From Trypanosoma brucei (Eukaryota): 64,000 bases of DNA. A model generated the notes under the pieces. It was not told where the DNA came from. It ran no database searches and saw only the letters and a list, made by a program, of their open reading frames with translations. Positions 11,209 to 22,334 of the stretch are shown here, in pieces (positions within the stretch are counted from its first letter, which is position 1; the number at the start of each line of letters is the position of its first letter). The stretch covers positions 2,400,001 to 2,464,000 of the forward strand of contig CP000071.1 in assembly GCA_000002445.1 (NCBI GenBank), read 5' to 3'. The translations under genes and the position numbers were made by a program.

Positions 11209-11938
11209 CTTTTCTTCATGTATAGTTTCTCTTCATGGGCAAAATCTTCTCTCTAGAGTGTTAAACTGTTATACGAAATTGCCTAAAAATGCATACAAGT
11301 AAAGAAACGGGTATGAGTGATCATGTGCTTTTGCTTTTTCAGGGGTGGAAAGGGAAGGGGCCGCCGGTAAGGAACGCCCGCTCTCTCCCCATTTTTTTTT
11401 CCTTGTATCGAGAAGAAACGGAACTCCTTTTCGCGGCGCGTGAATGTGGTCGGTCCATCCGAACAACAAGAATGAGGGAGGGAAGGAAATCAAAGTTAAA
11501 GTGAAACTAAAGGGCATACATGTATTATTATTTCAAGTGATGGTGAAAGTTCCCCCCTCCTGCGTGTAGAATTGAAACTAGCTTACCTTTGTGTCTTGCG
11601 TGTTTTTTCCCTTCTCCCTTTCAACTTGCCCCCCCTGGGCTGCTGCTTTGATGCATACGAGGCTGAGTCTAACAATAAATTGAAGGCATGTTGTGTATAA
11701 AGTGTTACTCGCCACCACATATTTCGCGCTATCATGTATCGGCATCAATATATACACATAAGTAGATAAATGTATCTGCTTTCATTTGTCCTTCTTTTTC
11801 TTTTGAGGTTCACTACTTCCTACCTTTCTCTCATATAATTATAAGCGTCTGTTTTTCGTTTCTGTGAAAAAAGATTTCACTGAACTTCCAAGGACTTAGA
11901 GCCCTCAAAGCGGCGCAGCTATAGTAACACCGATCAAG

Positions 11939-14404
11939 ATGAGCGATTCGGAGTCCATTCAGTTTAATGTAATGTCAGAGCTCGAGTCTCCGGTAGTCGG
12001 TCGAGAGGGAAGGAACGCCTGTCGTGGTGAGAGTAGGAAACCTTCCGTGAAGGATTTGAAGCGGCCACCACTTCATGGAGCTCCTTCCCCCACTTCACAC
12101 AAGAGTTTGAGACGTTCGTCCGGAGGATCAAGTTTGCAGTTTGTGGTGTGTGGCGAGGCGGGAGGGGATGACTCGGATAATACAGACACCATTCAGTTTA
12201 ATGTAATGTCAGAGCTCGAGTCTCCGGTAGCCGGTCGAGAGGGAAGGAACGCCTCTCGTGGTGAGAGTAGGAAACCTTCCGTGAAGGATTTGAAGCGGCC
12301 ACCACTTCATGGAGCTCCTTCCCCCACTTCACGCAAGAGTTTGAGACGTTCGTCCGAAGGATCAAGTTTGCAGTTTGTGGTGTGTGGCGAGGCGGGAGGG
12401 GATGACTCGGATAATACAGACACCATTCAGTTTCAAACTGAAGGAGGTTCGCGCAATATATCTCTTAAGGCAGCTTCCCCCACTTCGATAGCGGGAAACC
12501 GACGTAATGACTCTAACGGTAGGAGCCTTCGGCGGTCAAGCACGGAGAGTGGAGATGAATCAGTTGTTTTCGTCATAGAGGACACGCAGTCGACTGGCGG
12601 CAAGAAACCTCTTTCACGGCGTGAGGCTTCGAACGATGACACCATCAGCTTTGTTGTGGGTGATTCGGGGGGTGGTGATGAAGAAGGTGCGGACGGGAGT
12701 AGCATGCAGAAGAGTTTGAGTTTTACTGTTGTTGGCTCTGGAGAGTTGCCTGTCGCACCGCCGGTCTTTACTGGGAAGCAAGGCTCATCATCGCCGCAAC
12801 TAATGTCTCCTTTGGAGGCTCCGTCGAAGCCTGGTGTTGGGTCAAAGGATATGCAGAGACCACCAAAAGCAGTTTCTCGACCCAAGGAGGCAAATAATCT
12901 GAAGGGGAAATATCGGTCTTCTAGTCGAGAGAATACCGGAGACGGCGGTATGACGCGGTCGGATAGCTACGATGTGGTAGAGGAAGGTGGCACCCTTAAG
13001 ATTTGTGGCACAGCCAGCAAGCACACAAGGGCAGGACGGTTGGACATACCGCATACCACCACAAGGGGAAAAGACGTGCTTCCACCTACGGCGAGTGAAG
13101 CTGGGAAGCTATCACCTGGGGAAACGCGCACATCAACTGCGTTAGCGCCTAGCGCCTCTGCTCTGGTTCCGCTACCATTTCCACATCCGTCGCAGAAGAA
13201 ATTTTCCTTGAAAGCTGCTGATATAGAGGAGATGTTTCTTCAGGCAAAGGTGTACACAGAACATTGGCGAATGTTCAACGACATTCAACGAGAGGAGGTA
13301 GCACGACTGGCACAACGAATTGTAGAGATACGCGATGGGGGTTCCAACACTGCGGGCAAAATGAAGGGAAAGAGTGGGGAAGAAGGAAAGGACAAACCCC
13401 TGTGCTTTGCTGATCTCTTCCGAGTAAAATCCTTCTTGAAGGAGACTGACTTGCCATGGAACACAGAACGCTTAGGTAACCAGAAGAAACGGTTGCCCCC
13501 GGGTCGACGGCCAGCGGCCCCCGCTCACTTAGTTGAAGGAGGTAAATTACCTGCTGGTCGTGGAATGAGCCGTCGTGACGATTCCGGTGCGAACAGGCGC
13601 CAGCGGCCATCCCCACAGGGAAATAAGGGAACACGGGTGCCTAAAGGTGCCAAATTGGGCGTGCCGCATTTTGAGAATGTAGCCAAGGAAATGGAGTGTG
13701 ACGCGGTAGCACAGTTTGCGGAGATATATGGTGTCGCGTGGCCTCCATCGTCGAAAAATGAATTGTTCTTCTTGACGGGCGTACGACTCACGCCGAAGCA
13801 GTGCGAAGAGTTCTACGATTCAATGCGGCTTTACGTTGTGGCATCATCAAAAGTAAACGCAAACATGAACCTGCTCAACGCGAACGAAAGAGATTTGAGC
13901 CCGTCCCGCCTATCGGACGCGAAGCGAAAGGTGCGAGTGACACGCACGACCCTTTTACGCAAAGCGTTTACGGTGATGGATGTGGAGAAGAATGGTGTCA
14001 TAAACGCTGCGTTACTTCCTTCGATTCAACGATTACTTGAGGAGGAACGGAGGCATTTGCAAAGCGTATTAGGTGGTGACGTGACTCCGGAGAATTTCCT
14101 GTCGCGGTCACGAGGTGAGAAGGCTAAACTTAACGGCAACGTAGAAACCGTAGTTTCCCCTAAAGTGCCACAAAATAGCACTGCAGTGAATGCTGTGGGC
14201 ACACTGCGCATATATAGCTTGGTTTTGGACGTACTCCTCCCGCTTCTCTGTGCCTCGGGCCTATTAACATTCGACTTCACAACGGTGGGCTTACTCGTCT
14301 TCGGCACGTTGAGTTTATCCACGGCGGGCGCTAGTCCCAGTTTTCTGAAGTGGCGGGAAGCCGCCCAACGCTGTTTTGAGTCCCTGCTCAAAAACCCCGT
14401 ATAG
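11939..14404 (+). CDS. Repeat-containing hypothetical protein of 821 aa
   Basis: ATG at 11939. The N-terminus carries two near-identical 80-aa repeats (IQFNVMSELESPV.GREGRNA.RGESRKPSVKDLKRPPLHGAPSPTS.KSLRRSS.GSSLQFVVCGEAGGDDSDNTDT). Degenerate copies of the S/T-x-QF-VV-G-GGDD motif follow. There is an EF-hand-like segment (VMDVEKNGVINAALL) and a hydrophobic C-terminus. Confidence 0.6.
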   Translation: MSDSESIQFNVMSELESPVVGREGRNACRGESRKPSVKDLKRPPLHGAPSPTSHKSLRRSSGGSSLQFVVCGEAGGDDSDNTDTIQFNVMSELESPVAGREGRNASRGESRKPSVKDLKRPPLHGAPSPTSRKSLRRSSEGSSLQFVVCGEAGGDDSDNTDTIQFQTEGGSRNISLKAASPTSIAGNRRNDSNGRSLRRSSTESGDESVVFVIEDTQSTGGKKPLSRREASNDDTISFVVGDSGGGDEEGADGSSMQKSLSFTVVGSGELPVAPPVFTGKQGSSSPQLMSPLEAPSKPGVGSKDMQRPPKAVSRPKEANNLKGKYRSSSRENTGDGGMTRSDSYDVVEEGGTLKICGTASKHTRAGRLDIPHTTTRGKDVLPPTASEAGKLSPGETRTSTALAPSASALVPLPFPHPSQKKFSLKAADIEEMFLQAKVYTEHWRMFNDIQREEVARLAQRIVEIRDGGSNTAGKMKGKSGEEGKDKPLCFADLFRVKSFLKETDLPWNTERLGNQKKRLPPGRRPAAPAHLVEGGKLPAGRGMSRRDDSGANRRQRPSPQGNKGTRVPKGAKLGVPHFENVAKEMECDAVAQFAEIYGVAWPPSSKNELFFLTGVRLTPKQCEEFYDSMRLYVVASSKVNANMNLLNANERDLSPSRLSDAKRKVRVTRTTLLRKAFTVMDVEKNGVINAALLPSIQRLLEEERRHLQSVLGGDVTPENFLSRSRGEKAKLNGNVETVVSPKVPQNSTAVNAVGTLRIYSLVLDVLLPLLCASGLLTFDFTTVGLLVFGTLSLSTAGASPSFLKWREAAQRCFESLLKNPV
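11953..12432 (+). repeat. Two copies of a 240-bp tandem duplication inside the coding sequence
   Basis: The nucleotide stretch cattcagtttaatgtaatgtcagagctcgagtctccggtag... recurs at about 11956 and about 12190, with very few substitutions over 240 bp. Confidence 0.8.
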
Positions 14405-16020
14405 ATATATCGTTATTAAGTTGTAAACGTGTGGGTGCGTTTGTATGTCTTGCCATATGATGATTATAGCGGCCAGGTGACTGCTTAAAAGAGGCGTTAC
14501 GGTGTGCCAAAGCTGAAGGTAAAGGTGTCGATCAAAAAGAAAAGAAAAGGGTTCGTCTCCCTCTGCGGCTGATACACCAACATAAATAAACAGAATTATG
14601 CATATATATATATATATATGAATGCCCGTTTGCTTTGTTGCCCTTGGAGATATGATGTCATTGCACCGGCGTGACGTCGAGCATGTGATGATAGTTTCCT
14701 TTTACTTTTGATGATGCTCGGGCCAACTTGTACCAGTGTTAGGGAGGGAACCGAGGTATCTTCTATTTTAAATTTAATGTCATTGCTGTAGTTTTGTTTC
14801 CTTTTGATCATAGAGGACTCGCGTACATTTTCCCTGTTCAAACTTATGTTTTTCTTTTTCCGCTGCTGAGTTTTACGTCTGCCTGTTTGGGTAAGTTGCC
14901 CTTGCATCGCCTTTCATTTTTGCCAAATATCTCAGGCTGCATCACTAACTTTAGTTGCCGTGTGGTGCCCAAATGAACAGGTAAGTTTCTTTCCCCATTG
15001 TGCAGTTGCGCCTCCGTAAGAAAAGCCTACGATTATGCATCACCCGCTTTTCTTCGTTTTTCCTTCGGTGTGTACGGCGGTTGTGTTGCTGTGTCTGCGA
15101 TTAAAAAAAAAAACCGCAACTGTTTTGTAGCGAAGCTGAGTCAAACTGAAGAAGGCAGTTGAGAACCACTTTTTTTTTTTTTCTACGTCAAGGAGACAAT
15201 GCTCGCATATGGTTTGCATATTGGTGGGGTGCGACACCGTATGGTGCACGCGACGTCACTGCATTACTGAATTATTTGATGCAGGTAGTTAAACGCAACC
15301 TTTATAGACCCGAACGGATAATTGAAGGTGTGAAGATATTTTTTTTTTTCTGCAGCGCGTGAAATATCTGGTCATTGCGCCACGTGAGTTGTTTATGTCT
15401 TTTGTTACGTTACATCGCACCATCGCCGTTGTTAACTTTAGTGTCGAGGTGATGCTGGGAGTGCCGTAGCTGGACTTGCACCTTAATTCATCTGTTGGAA
15501 CATATATTCTCCGAACCCCCGCCCAGTGGAGAATTTCGCTTCTTAAACATCGACGCACCTGTAATGGTTAACATTTAAAAATAAATACGATATTCCGCTC
15601 CCGTTTCAACAACATGTTCCCCGCCTCGGGGACGTACGTGTACATATATATATATATATATGGCGCTGCCTGTGTCCTTCGGTTGGGAGCATATAAATTC
15701 AATAATAGTGTGGCATACATTGCAATGTGTTTTTGTGTGCATTGCTGCTCGTATTGAAGGGTTTCGTAAGTCACCTTTCATTTATGTCGCGGAATCTCCG
15801 CTGGGTTTCGAAACCTCTCAATAGGGGATGTGACGTCGGGGTAGCGAATATTGTTGAACTTGTGCGGTTAGAGTTACTGGTAGTGTTTAGGTTGTTTTAA
15901 CAAGGAGTTTTTACTCCGCTCTCCCTCTTCTATTTGACATTGTTTAACCTATCTTCCTTAACGAATTCCGTCAATGTACTCTTTTTTGTGGCATGGCGGA
16001 ATCGAAGCACGTGAGACTTC

Positions 16021-16090
16021 ACACCGCTCCTTTTTTTTTTAAATCAATTCCTTTACACTCACCCTTTCCCTTCCCCCTTTTACAATAATT
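16021..16090 (+). promoter_or_regulatory. Polypyrimidine tract upstream of the 16165 gene, a candidate trans-splice signal
   Basis: ctcctttttttttt...cctttacactcaccctttcccttcccccttttac lies immediately 5' of the gene. Confidence 0.45.
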
Positions 16091-16164
16091 TTTGCTGCAT
16101 TTATTCCTAGTATTTTTTGCATAGTCGTCGGGGAGTGTAGGGAAGAGAGGGAGAAGAGGAAAGC

Positions 16165-18882
16165 ATGCGACGGCTAAGCCTTCTTCCACGCAGGAGCGCT
16201 GCAGTTGTGGGCTCCGCTTACGCTCGATTCGCGACGCCAGCGGCCCCAACGAATTTAAAGGCTTCAACTCTGGAGTTAAATAACCCAGTAGTTACGCACA
16301 CTGCTCACACACCCGTGACACTAACTGCCACTACTGACGCTGCCAGCGGTAATATTTATAGTAGCAAGGAAGTTGAAGCTGAAGTCGCAGTGCCCGCCGC
16401 AGGTGCGAAGGAAAAAATTCAAGCCAGCAGGCGTAAGCATGTTAATACAGTTGAGCTTTTGATATCCATGGCAGTTACCCTACAGAAGAAATCTAGTGGC
16501 GCCGCCGCTGCTGCCGTCACAGACAGCGCTTGTGGGGACGAAAAGAAGGAAGCAACCGATGGGGATGCAACCGTCGGTATTGCGCCCCGGCCGGTAGACC
16601 CACTGCAACTCCTGAAAGCACTTCGGGCGTATATTCGTAGTGAGGACATTTTGGCCGAGTTGTGTCGTTCCAAGGTGCAGGCCGTACGGCAGCGCTACGT
16701 GGCCATTCGTGCGCGGCGGCAGCGAGTTCCCGCCTTTCATCGTGATATCCTTTTGAGTGAAGTGACCCGCGTTGTTGAGCGGCGCGAGGTGCCATACATT
16801 GAAGTCGCTCGGTTACTTCGGCCCCATTGGCCCGCACAACTTATGGATGCTTCTGGTGGCCGTTACCATTCCTTCCTGCAGCGGAGTCTGCTGGCGTGGA
16901 TTGCGGAGTTGTTGCGAGAGGGCAAACTCTCACCAGAAGAGGCGCGGTCGGTACTGTCACAGTGCCCACGACTCTTTCATGGGCATTTATCGCTCATGAG
17001 TTCTATTGTAGAGTGTGCACTCCTTGATATCAACACAATACAAAGCCCTGATCCAATCATAGGTTTGATGTGGTCTGTGAATGAAGCGGGCACACATGCA
17101 CCAAGCCACTTTTGGCAACGTACCGTGGGTAGGTTGGCACAATTGAATCGCTCGTTGAGGGATACATTAGGAGATGCGATGCAACTGGGGAAATGTGGGA
17201 ACGGGCCCAAAGATGGCACTACCATCCACAGCGGTCCCGGTGGTAGGGAAAAAAAAGGTGAAAAGGGTAATATCAAAAGTAACAACGATAATAAGGGGGG
17301 TAATATTAATGACACCAAGCAAAACTATACGGTGGGCCATGTGTTTTCTGGACTTACAACTAGGCAGCTATTCCGTGTATTACGAGTACTTCGAAAGGAA
17401 TGCTGGTGCAACGATGTCTCTACCGTTTACGACTTTGTCGACAAGGCTCTAAAAAATATTGCCTTTGAGGTGGAGGCTATTGGATCATGTGAAGCCACTT
17501 CTCAAAAGCGCCCAATGTCAAGGCAAACAATCACCCAGCGCGTAAAAAAATCAGCGGACCTCACTCCGAAGGAGTTGCTCTCGCTGTTGAGCATCGCGGG
17601 CGAACTGGGTGTTGACTTCCATGCATCACTTGCGAGGACATCGGACTTTCTCCTGGCGCCAATGGTACATTATTTGGACCGCGAGGAGTTGTTACAGTTG
17701 TCTTTATTTGTTCGAAAGACACGCTGTGATTCACTAACGCTCGTACAATCGATAGCAGATGAAATTGTACGGCGTGGGGTGAATTATCCACTTTCGGTTA
17801 GTCTGAGCAAGGCGGCCCTGCGCACGGCGCTTCAGAAGCCAGTTCTGCTTTCACAACTTACCCTCACACCACTTGTTGATCATGTCATATCTTTATGCAG
17901 GACGTACGGCTGGTATATGCGAGCGTCGCAGCTGCTTGGTTGGGCGGAAGTGTTATATGATCTTTCTCGTCGCTACGCTCCATCGTCATCTGTTGGCGTC
18001 AACGTACGTTCGTGTGTAGAAGCACTCGCAGCGCCGTTGCGTGCTATGCTTGAGGCGGGCGTGGTGCCGATGCCCGTCGTTTCCCGCTTCATTGAGCTCA
18101 CGGTTATTCTCGGCATGCGCGCAAAGCCACATCAATATACGCAATCTATCAAACTGTGGGAGGAGCGCAATGCTGCGGCGAACGCGCGTATAACTTTTGC
18201 GAAGAGTGTCTTGAATAAAGAGAGTGACATGTTGATTCCGATGTCGGAGCTCCTGTACGACGCAGCGGAATTGGAGGATTCTGGTGAGGTGGGCGAGGTA
18301 ACCTCCCGTCCTACTGCTGAGCTGTGCAGAGCAGCGCGTCAGGTGTATGATGAGCTAATTTACTTGTTTGAGATGCAGATGATCATGCGCTCGCCGATTA
18401 CACAAAAGGAGGAGGATCGGCTGAATGACACGTTTAGTCACGTCGGGTTGTACAACATTGTTGTTGGTGCCAGAGCCATGTGGCGGGTACATCTTCAGCC
18501 TTCTTCTTTTCCTTCAGCCAATGCCTCTTGTGTTGAGGGCGTCGTTCCATTGAGTTCGCCTCACCGTATTTCCTCTACACCGCCTCGAGCACTACCTGTG
18601 TGGGTGGAGCGACGCATTAACGCTACCATCGAGGGCCGCATAAGGCGGGCGAATATAAGCCCCACCTCAACCGACGAGGATGTGCTCCGTTTGTTCGGGC
18701 AACGCCACTGTAACGCAGCAAAAGTGCGTCACTTCATGCAACTGCTAATGGAGGAGTCGTCGTTGGTTCTGGTTAAGCAGCAGCGTTTCGTCTGGATTTT
18801 TACGGCGGAACTGGCGCGCCGATTTGGTGGGGGACAGGAGCAGCAAATGGCGCAGAAGATGTTAGCGAAGGTATTTTGTTAG
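16165..18882 (+). CDS. Hypothetical protein of 905 aa with an N-terminal mitochondrial-presequence-like segment
   Basis: ATG at 16165. The N-terminus MRRLSLLPRRSAAVVGSAYARFATPAAP is Arg/Ser/Ala-rich with no acidic residues. The rest is a long, mostly alpha-helical, Leu-rich sequence, and I did not recognise a catalytic motif. Confidence 0.6.
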   Translation: MRRLSLLPRRSAAVVGSAYARFATPAAPTNLKASTLELNNPVVTHTAHTPVTLTATTDAASGNIYSSKEVEAEVAVPAAGAKEKIQASRRKHVNTVELLISMAVTLQKKSSGAAAAAVTDSACGDEKKEATDGDATVGIAPRPVDPLQLLKALRAYIRSEDILAELCRSKVQAVRQRYVAIRARRQRVPAFHRDILLSEVTRVVERREVPYIEVARLLRPHWPAQLMDASGGRYHSFLQRSLLAWIAELLREGKLSPEEARSVLSQCPRLFHGHLSLMSSIVECALLDINTIQSPDPIIGLMWSVNEAGTHAPSHFWQRTVGRLAQLNRSLRDTLGDAMQLGKCGNGPKDGTTIHSGPGGREKKGEKGNIKSNNDNKGGNINDTKQNYTVGHVFSGLTTRQLFRVLRVLRKECWCNDVSTVYDFVDKALKNIAFEVEAIGSCEATSQKRPMSRQTITQRVKKSADLTPKELLSLLSIAGELGVDFHASLARTSDFLLAPMVHYLDREELLQLSLFVRKTRCDSLTLVQSIADEIVRRGVNYPLSVSLSKAALRTALQKPVLLSQLTLTPLVDHVISLCRTYGWYMRASQLLGWAEVLYDLSRRYAPSSSVGVNVRSCVEALAAPLRAMLEAGVVPMPVVSRFIELTVILGMRAKPHQYTQSIKLWEERNAAANARITFAKSVLNKESDMLIPMSELLYDAAELEDSGEVGEVTSRPTAELCRAARQVYDELIYLFEMQMIMRSPITQKEEDRLNDTFSHVGLYNIVVGARAMWRVHLQPSSFPSANASCVEGVVPLSSPHRISSTPPRALPVWVERRINATIEGRIRRANISPTSTDEDVLRLFGQRHCNAAKVRHFMQLLMEESSLVLVKQQRFVWIFTAELARRFGGGQEQQMAQKMLAKVFC

Positions 18883-19529
18883 TCCGAAAGGCTGGATGAG
18901 CAACTAAAGAGGCAAATTAAGGAGCCTCAAAGGTACTGGACCGTGGGTAATGCGTGCATAACTGGAGCTAGTTGTGCAGTTGAGGAGGGTATTTGGTGGG
19001 ATTTTGCGTGATCTATGTGTCACATCAACCACGCAGATGCGGATTGCTCCTTTTCAGTTTTGCCACTTATCTAACAAGTTAATTCGCTTTTAAGCGCATT
19101 GGTGTGTGGCAGCCGGCAGTAGGCTGAGGCCAGGTGAAACTAATCCGCGAAGTGAAGTTTGAAGTAAACATCATCGCACGAAATGATGACTTGGGACATG
19201 GCCGCAGCTCGTTACGTACACAACATGAAGGGGAGCTGTGTGGTCCAGTTTATGCCTTCGCAGTTCCTTTTTCTCTGTTCGCAGATGTCTGCATTTACTG
19301 ATTTCTGAGTTTTATGCTCGCACTGAGGGGGGTTGTTAAGCGTACTGCATGATTTCTTTTCGTCGATGTGTCACTCACACCAGTCGCGTAGTTTGCGTTA
19401 TTCTGTTTGGGACACACGTTATTATTTTATTTTATTTTTTACACCAATAAAAAACATTGGGGGTATACTCTCTCTCCCTTCACTTCTCCTCATTATGTGT
19501 TTGTAGGTCAAGTCAATAAAATTAGCTTG

Positions 19530-22334
19530 ATGTACCGTCTTTATCGTCGGACTGTAGGTTATCAGTCGCTACACCAGAGGTTGTCAGCGTGCCACGTTAT
19601 GTGTCGCCACGTCTCTACGGATAACAGCGATGGCACAACACCACCCAAACCGCGACGCAGCGGCATCAGGCGGGTTGTCCCTTCTGATGAGGAAATGGCG
19701 GAACTGCACGATCTCGAGCAGGAGGTGGCATCCACAACTTCCTCTCGGTCGAAGCAGTCGGCGCTCTCTGGTGTCATGGTGGAACCCATGCGCTTCTCCA
19801 CTTCCGGTGGCTCGGGAATGGAAGGCGATGGGGACGATTTAGGGGAGTTAGAAGCCGAAGGGGACGAAGAGGGTGTAGGAACAAATTCGTTGGCTGAAGC
19901 GGAAAACGTATACAAAAGACACAATGATGGAGGTGCGCTGGAGAAGCAGGGCTTAGCGATCCCTCCATCAGGGAAACCGACAGACCCGCTGCTGGCCAAC
20001 AGGGACGATGAAGGAGAAGGGGGCGCGGTGCCTTTGTCACAGGCGGAGGAAATGACGGTGAGTCGCAGCACACTTGAACGACAAGCTTGTGTGCGCTCGC
20101 TTTCCCTAGAGGAGTTGGTGGAGGCTGTGACTCTTTACCTGCGTGCGACGAAGAACCCACGGCTGGTGTCCGCCGATGAGGAACATATCTTTTTTCCTGT
20201 TCTCATGGAGCGTCTGAATGAATTCCACGTCAGCCAGTTGCTGGATGTTGTGGAATGCCACTGGGCCCGTTCCACACTTGTGCGGTACGGTACAACCTTC
20301 AAGGATATGGTTCGTGACAGAATTGCACTTATCGCAACCGCGGCGGCAAAGAGCGCCTCCAAGCGGCCGGCGGCTGCGGGGAAGAGTGGTAATGATAACA
20401 GGGATGGTGGTGCCGTGGAGGAGGAAGCTGATGATTATGATGAACAAGGAGATGCAGTGTACGTGCACGAGGCAGAGGAGAAAACTTCAGACCTTATCAT
20501 CCTTCGTGCGGCCGAGGAAATGTCACCCGAGACGGTGCTGCGGTGCATCATTGTTATGGGCATGAGTGCTGGCCGTAGAAAGCGGGACCTGCAATTCTTT
20601 CAGGCGATGGGCATGTTTTTAGTTCACCACATTAATCACTACAAAGATCCACATGAATTGGTGCGTGTGCTCACGGCTTTTGCTCGCGCTAAGATCGTTC
20701 CACCTAAACGTTTCCTGGCGCTCTTAGGTCGGCGTTTTGCTGTGCTCAACAAACGGAAAAAGTTAGGCTCATTGCCTAGTTACCGAGCGTTCGTTAACCT
20801 TTACAAAATGGGCCACGATCAGATGAACACTTTTCGGTTTCTTGCGGACTGCATTTTGGAGACAATTGATTCCAACATTAAAGCGGAGAAGAAACGGCTG
20901 CGCTTGGCCCAACTTCAAAGCAGCTCTAACATTACCGCCGCTACGACCAACGAAAACGGTGCGACTAATGAGAGCGGATGCGGTGGCTCCACAAGTAGTT
21001 CTAACCCAACTGTAACTAATATTACTGGCGCGGGGGATTTAAAGGCAACACACACATCTGAAGGAGCTTCCGACGTTGCATTCATCGGGGATTTGGACCC
21101 GCATCTGCTACAGAACCTGAGAGCACGGGAGCGGTTCAAGAGGCTAACGGAACTAAAACCGTCAATGTTTACCAAGCTTCTCCTTGTTCTTGCACGCTTT
21201 GGCGCACCGCATCAACAGTACTTACGACCCACAACTGTGCCGCTCATTCTTCCCACATTGCGGGCCTTCCCACCACCGAGTTTTACACGTTTACTTCGCG
21301 CCATGTCTCTCTTCAGGACGACGGATTTGGACCTCATCGAACCTGTCATCGACTTCATGGCCGATAGCCTTGGTCCAACAAATGTTGTACCCGCAGATGT
21401 GCTGCAAATGGTCCGCCTGGTGGCGCCGCCTGACGTACCGGTACCCCGCAACCTTGTAAAGCTCATATCGTTATGTGAGGCAGTGTACTCCAGCTCGGCC
21501 TCGTTCAGCCACTCTGATGGGAAAAGTAGCGATAGCGCTGATGCCGCTGCGTGTGCAATGACCACGTTATCCCCAATACGACCTGGGGATATGTGTGCCG
21601 TTGCAGTTGTTTTATTAAAGATTCAAATGAAGGACGATGTGCCACTTGAGGCGTTGGACCCACTCACCCGCTTGATGGAATTCTTTGCAGAGCGAATGTA
21701 CCTTCTAATGAAGTTACATATCGTTTCATTGACGCACGTTGACGTCTTCACGGATCTTTGCCGACAGCAACAACATCCGGACGTGTCGGGGCATATTGAA
21801 CGGCTTTGTGCTGAACGGCGTCGTGTAAATGATGCAGAAGGTGATGACGAATATTACAGCCAGTTGGACATTGATGTGCGCGAAACCCTTCACCGCATCC
21901 TTATCGTAAACGACTATAACACCTACGGTCAGTACCGCCCCACACCTGGCGTTCTGCAAGTGGACTTCAAGCAGGCACTAACAGAAGTTAGTGCTTTCGA
22001 TGTGCTTGAGGCGGCAGACCTTTTCGCTCAAGCTTTCTCCAATGCTCTAAAGCCAGCTGTGGAACGGCATCTCAGCAGAAGTATTATCGCTAAGCTGGAC
22101 GGTGGTGGGGAGGAGGTCATTACGGAGGGGAACAGCATTGTCCTTCGGCCTCCGCGCGAATTACTGCTTACGCGTGAAGATCTTGGGAAGTTTGTGTGCT
22201 TGCTTCAACGGACACCGCTGAGGCGGGTGCGGGCATCGCCAGTTGTGTGGCGATTTGTTGAAGAAAAAGCGAAGAAACTGGGGATGGATGATGTACTGAG
22301 GGTGGTCGAGAATAAACTGGCCACAGCAGTTTAG
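19530..22334 (+). CDS. Hypothetical protein of about 934 aa with a presequence-like N-terminus
   Basis: The ORF track start at 19407 is TTG, and the first in-frame ATG is at 19530 (MYRLYRRTVGYQSLHQRLSACHVMCRHVS...). The protein has acidic and Ser-rich linkers and a Leu-rich helical body. Confidence 0.55.
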   Translation: MYRLYRRTVGYQSLHQRLSACHVMCRHVSTDNSDGTTPPKPRRSGIRRVVPSDEEMAELHDLEQEVASTTSSRSKQSALSGVMVEPMRFSTSGGSGMEGDGDDLGELEAEGDEEGVGTNSLAEAENVYKRHNDGGALEKQGLAIPPSGKPTDPLLANRDDEGEGGAVPLSQAEEMTVSRSTLERQACVRSLSLEELVEAVTLYLRATKNPRLVSADEEHIFFPVLMERLNEFHVSQLLDVVECHWARSTLVRYGTTFKDMVRDRIALIATAAAKSASKRPAAAGKSGNDNRDGGAVEEEADDYDEQGDAVYVHEAEEKTSDLIILRAAEEMSPETVLRCIIVMGMSAGRRKRDLQFFQAMGMFLVHHINHYKDPHELVRVLTAFARAKIVPPKRFLALLGRRFAVLNKRKKLGSLPSYRAFVNLYKMGHDQMNTFRFLADCILETIDSNIKAEKKRLRLAQLQSSSNITAATTNENGATNESGCGGSTSSSNPTVTNITGAGDLKATHTSEGASDVAFIGDLDPHLLQNLRARERFKRLTELKPSMFTKLLLVLARFGAPHQQYLRPTTVPLILPTLRAFPPPSFTRLLRAMSLFRTTDLDLIEPVIDFMADSLGPTNVVPADVLQMVRLVAPPDVPVPRNLVKLISLCEAVYSSSASFSHSDGKSSDSADAAACAMTTLSPIRPGDMCAVAVVLLKIQMKDDVPLEALDPLTRLMEFFAERMYLLMKLHIVSLTHVDVFTDLCRQQQHPDVSGHIERLCAERRRVNDAEGDDEYYSQLDIDVRETLHRILIVNDYNTYGQYRPTPGVLQVDFKQALTEVSAFDVLEAADLFAQAFSNALKPAVERHLSRSIIAKLDGGGEEVITEGNSIVLRPPRELLLTREDLGKFVCLLQRTPLRRVRASPVVWRFVEEKAKKLGMDDVLRVVENKLATAV

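Noticed and set aside
15806-15819. Perfect palindrome ggtttcgaaacc, briefly considered as a tRNA T-arm-like sequence
   Set aside because: There is no surrounding cloverleaf, meaning no acceptor or anticodon stems and no conserved GTTC/A-box spacing. It is a simple palindrome.
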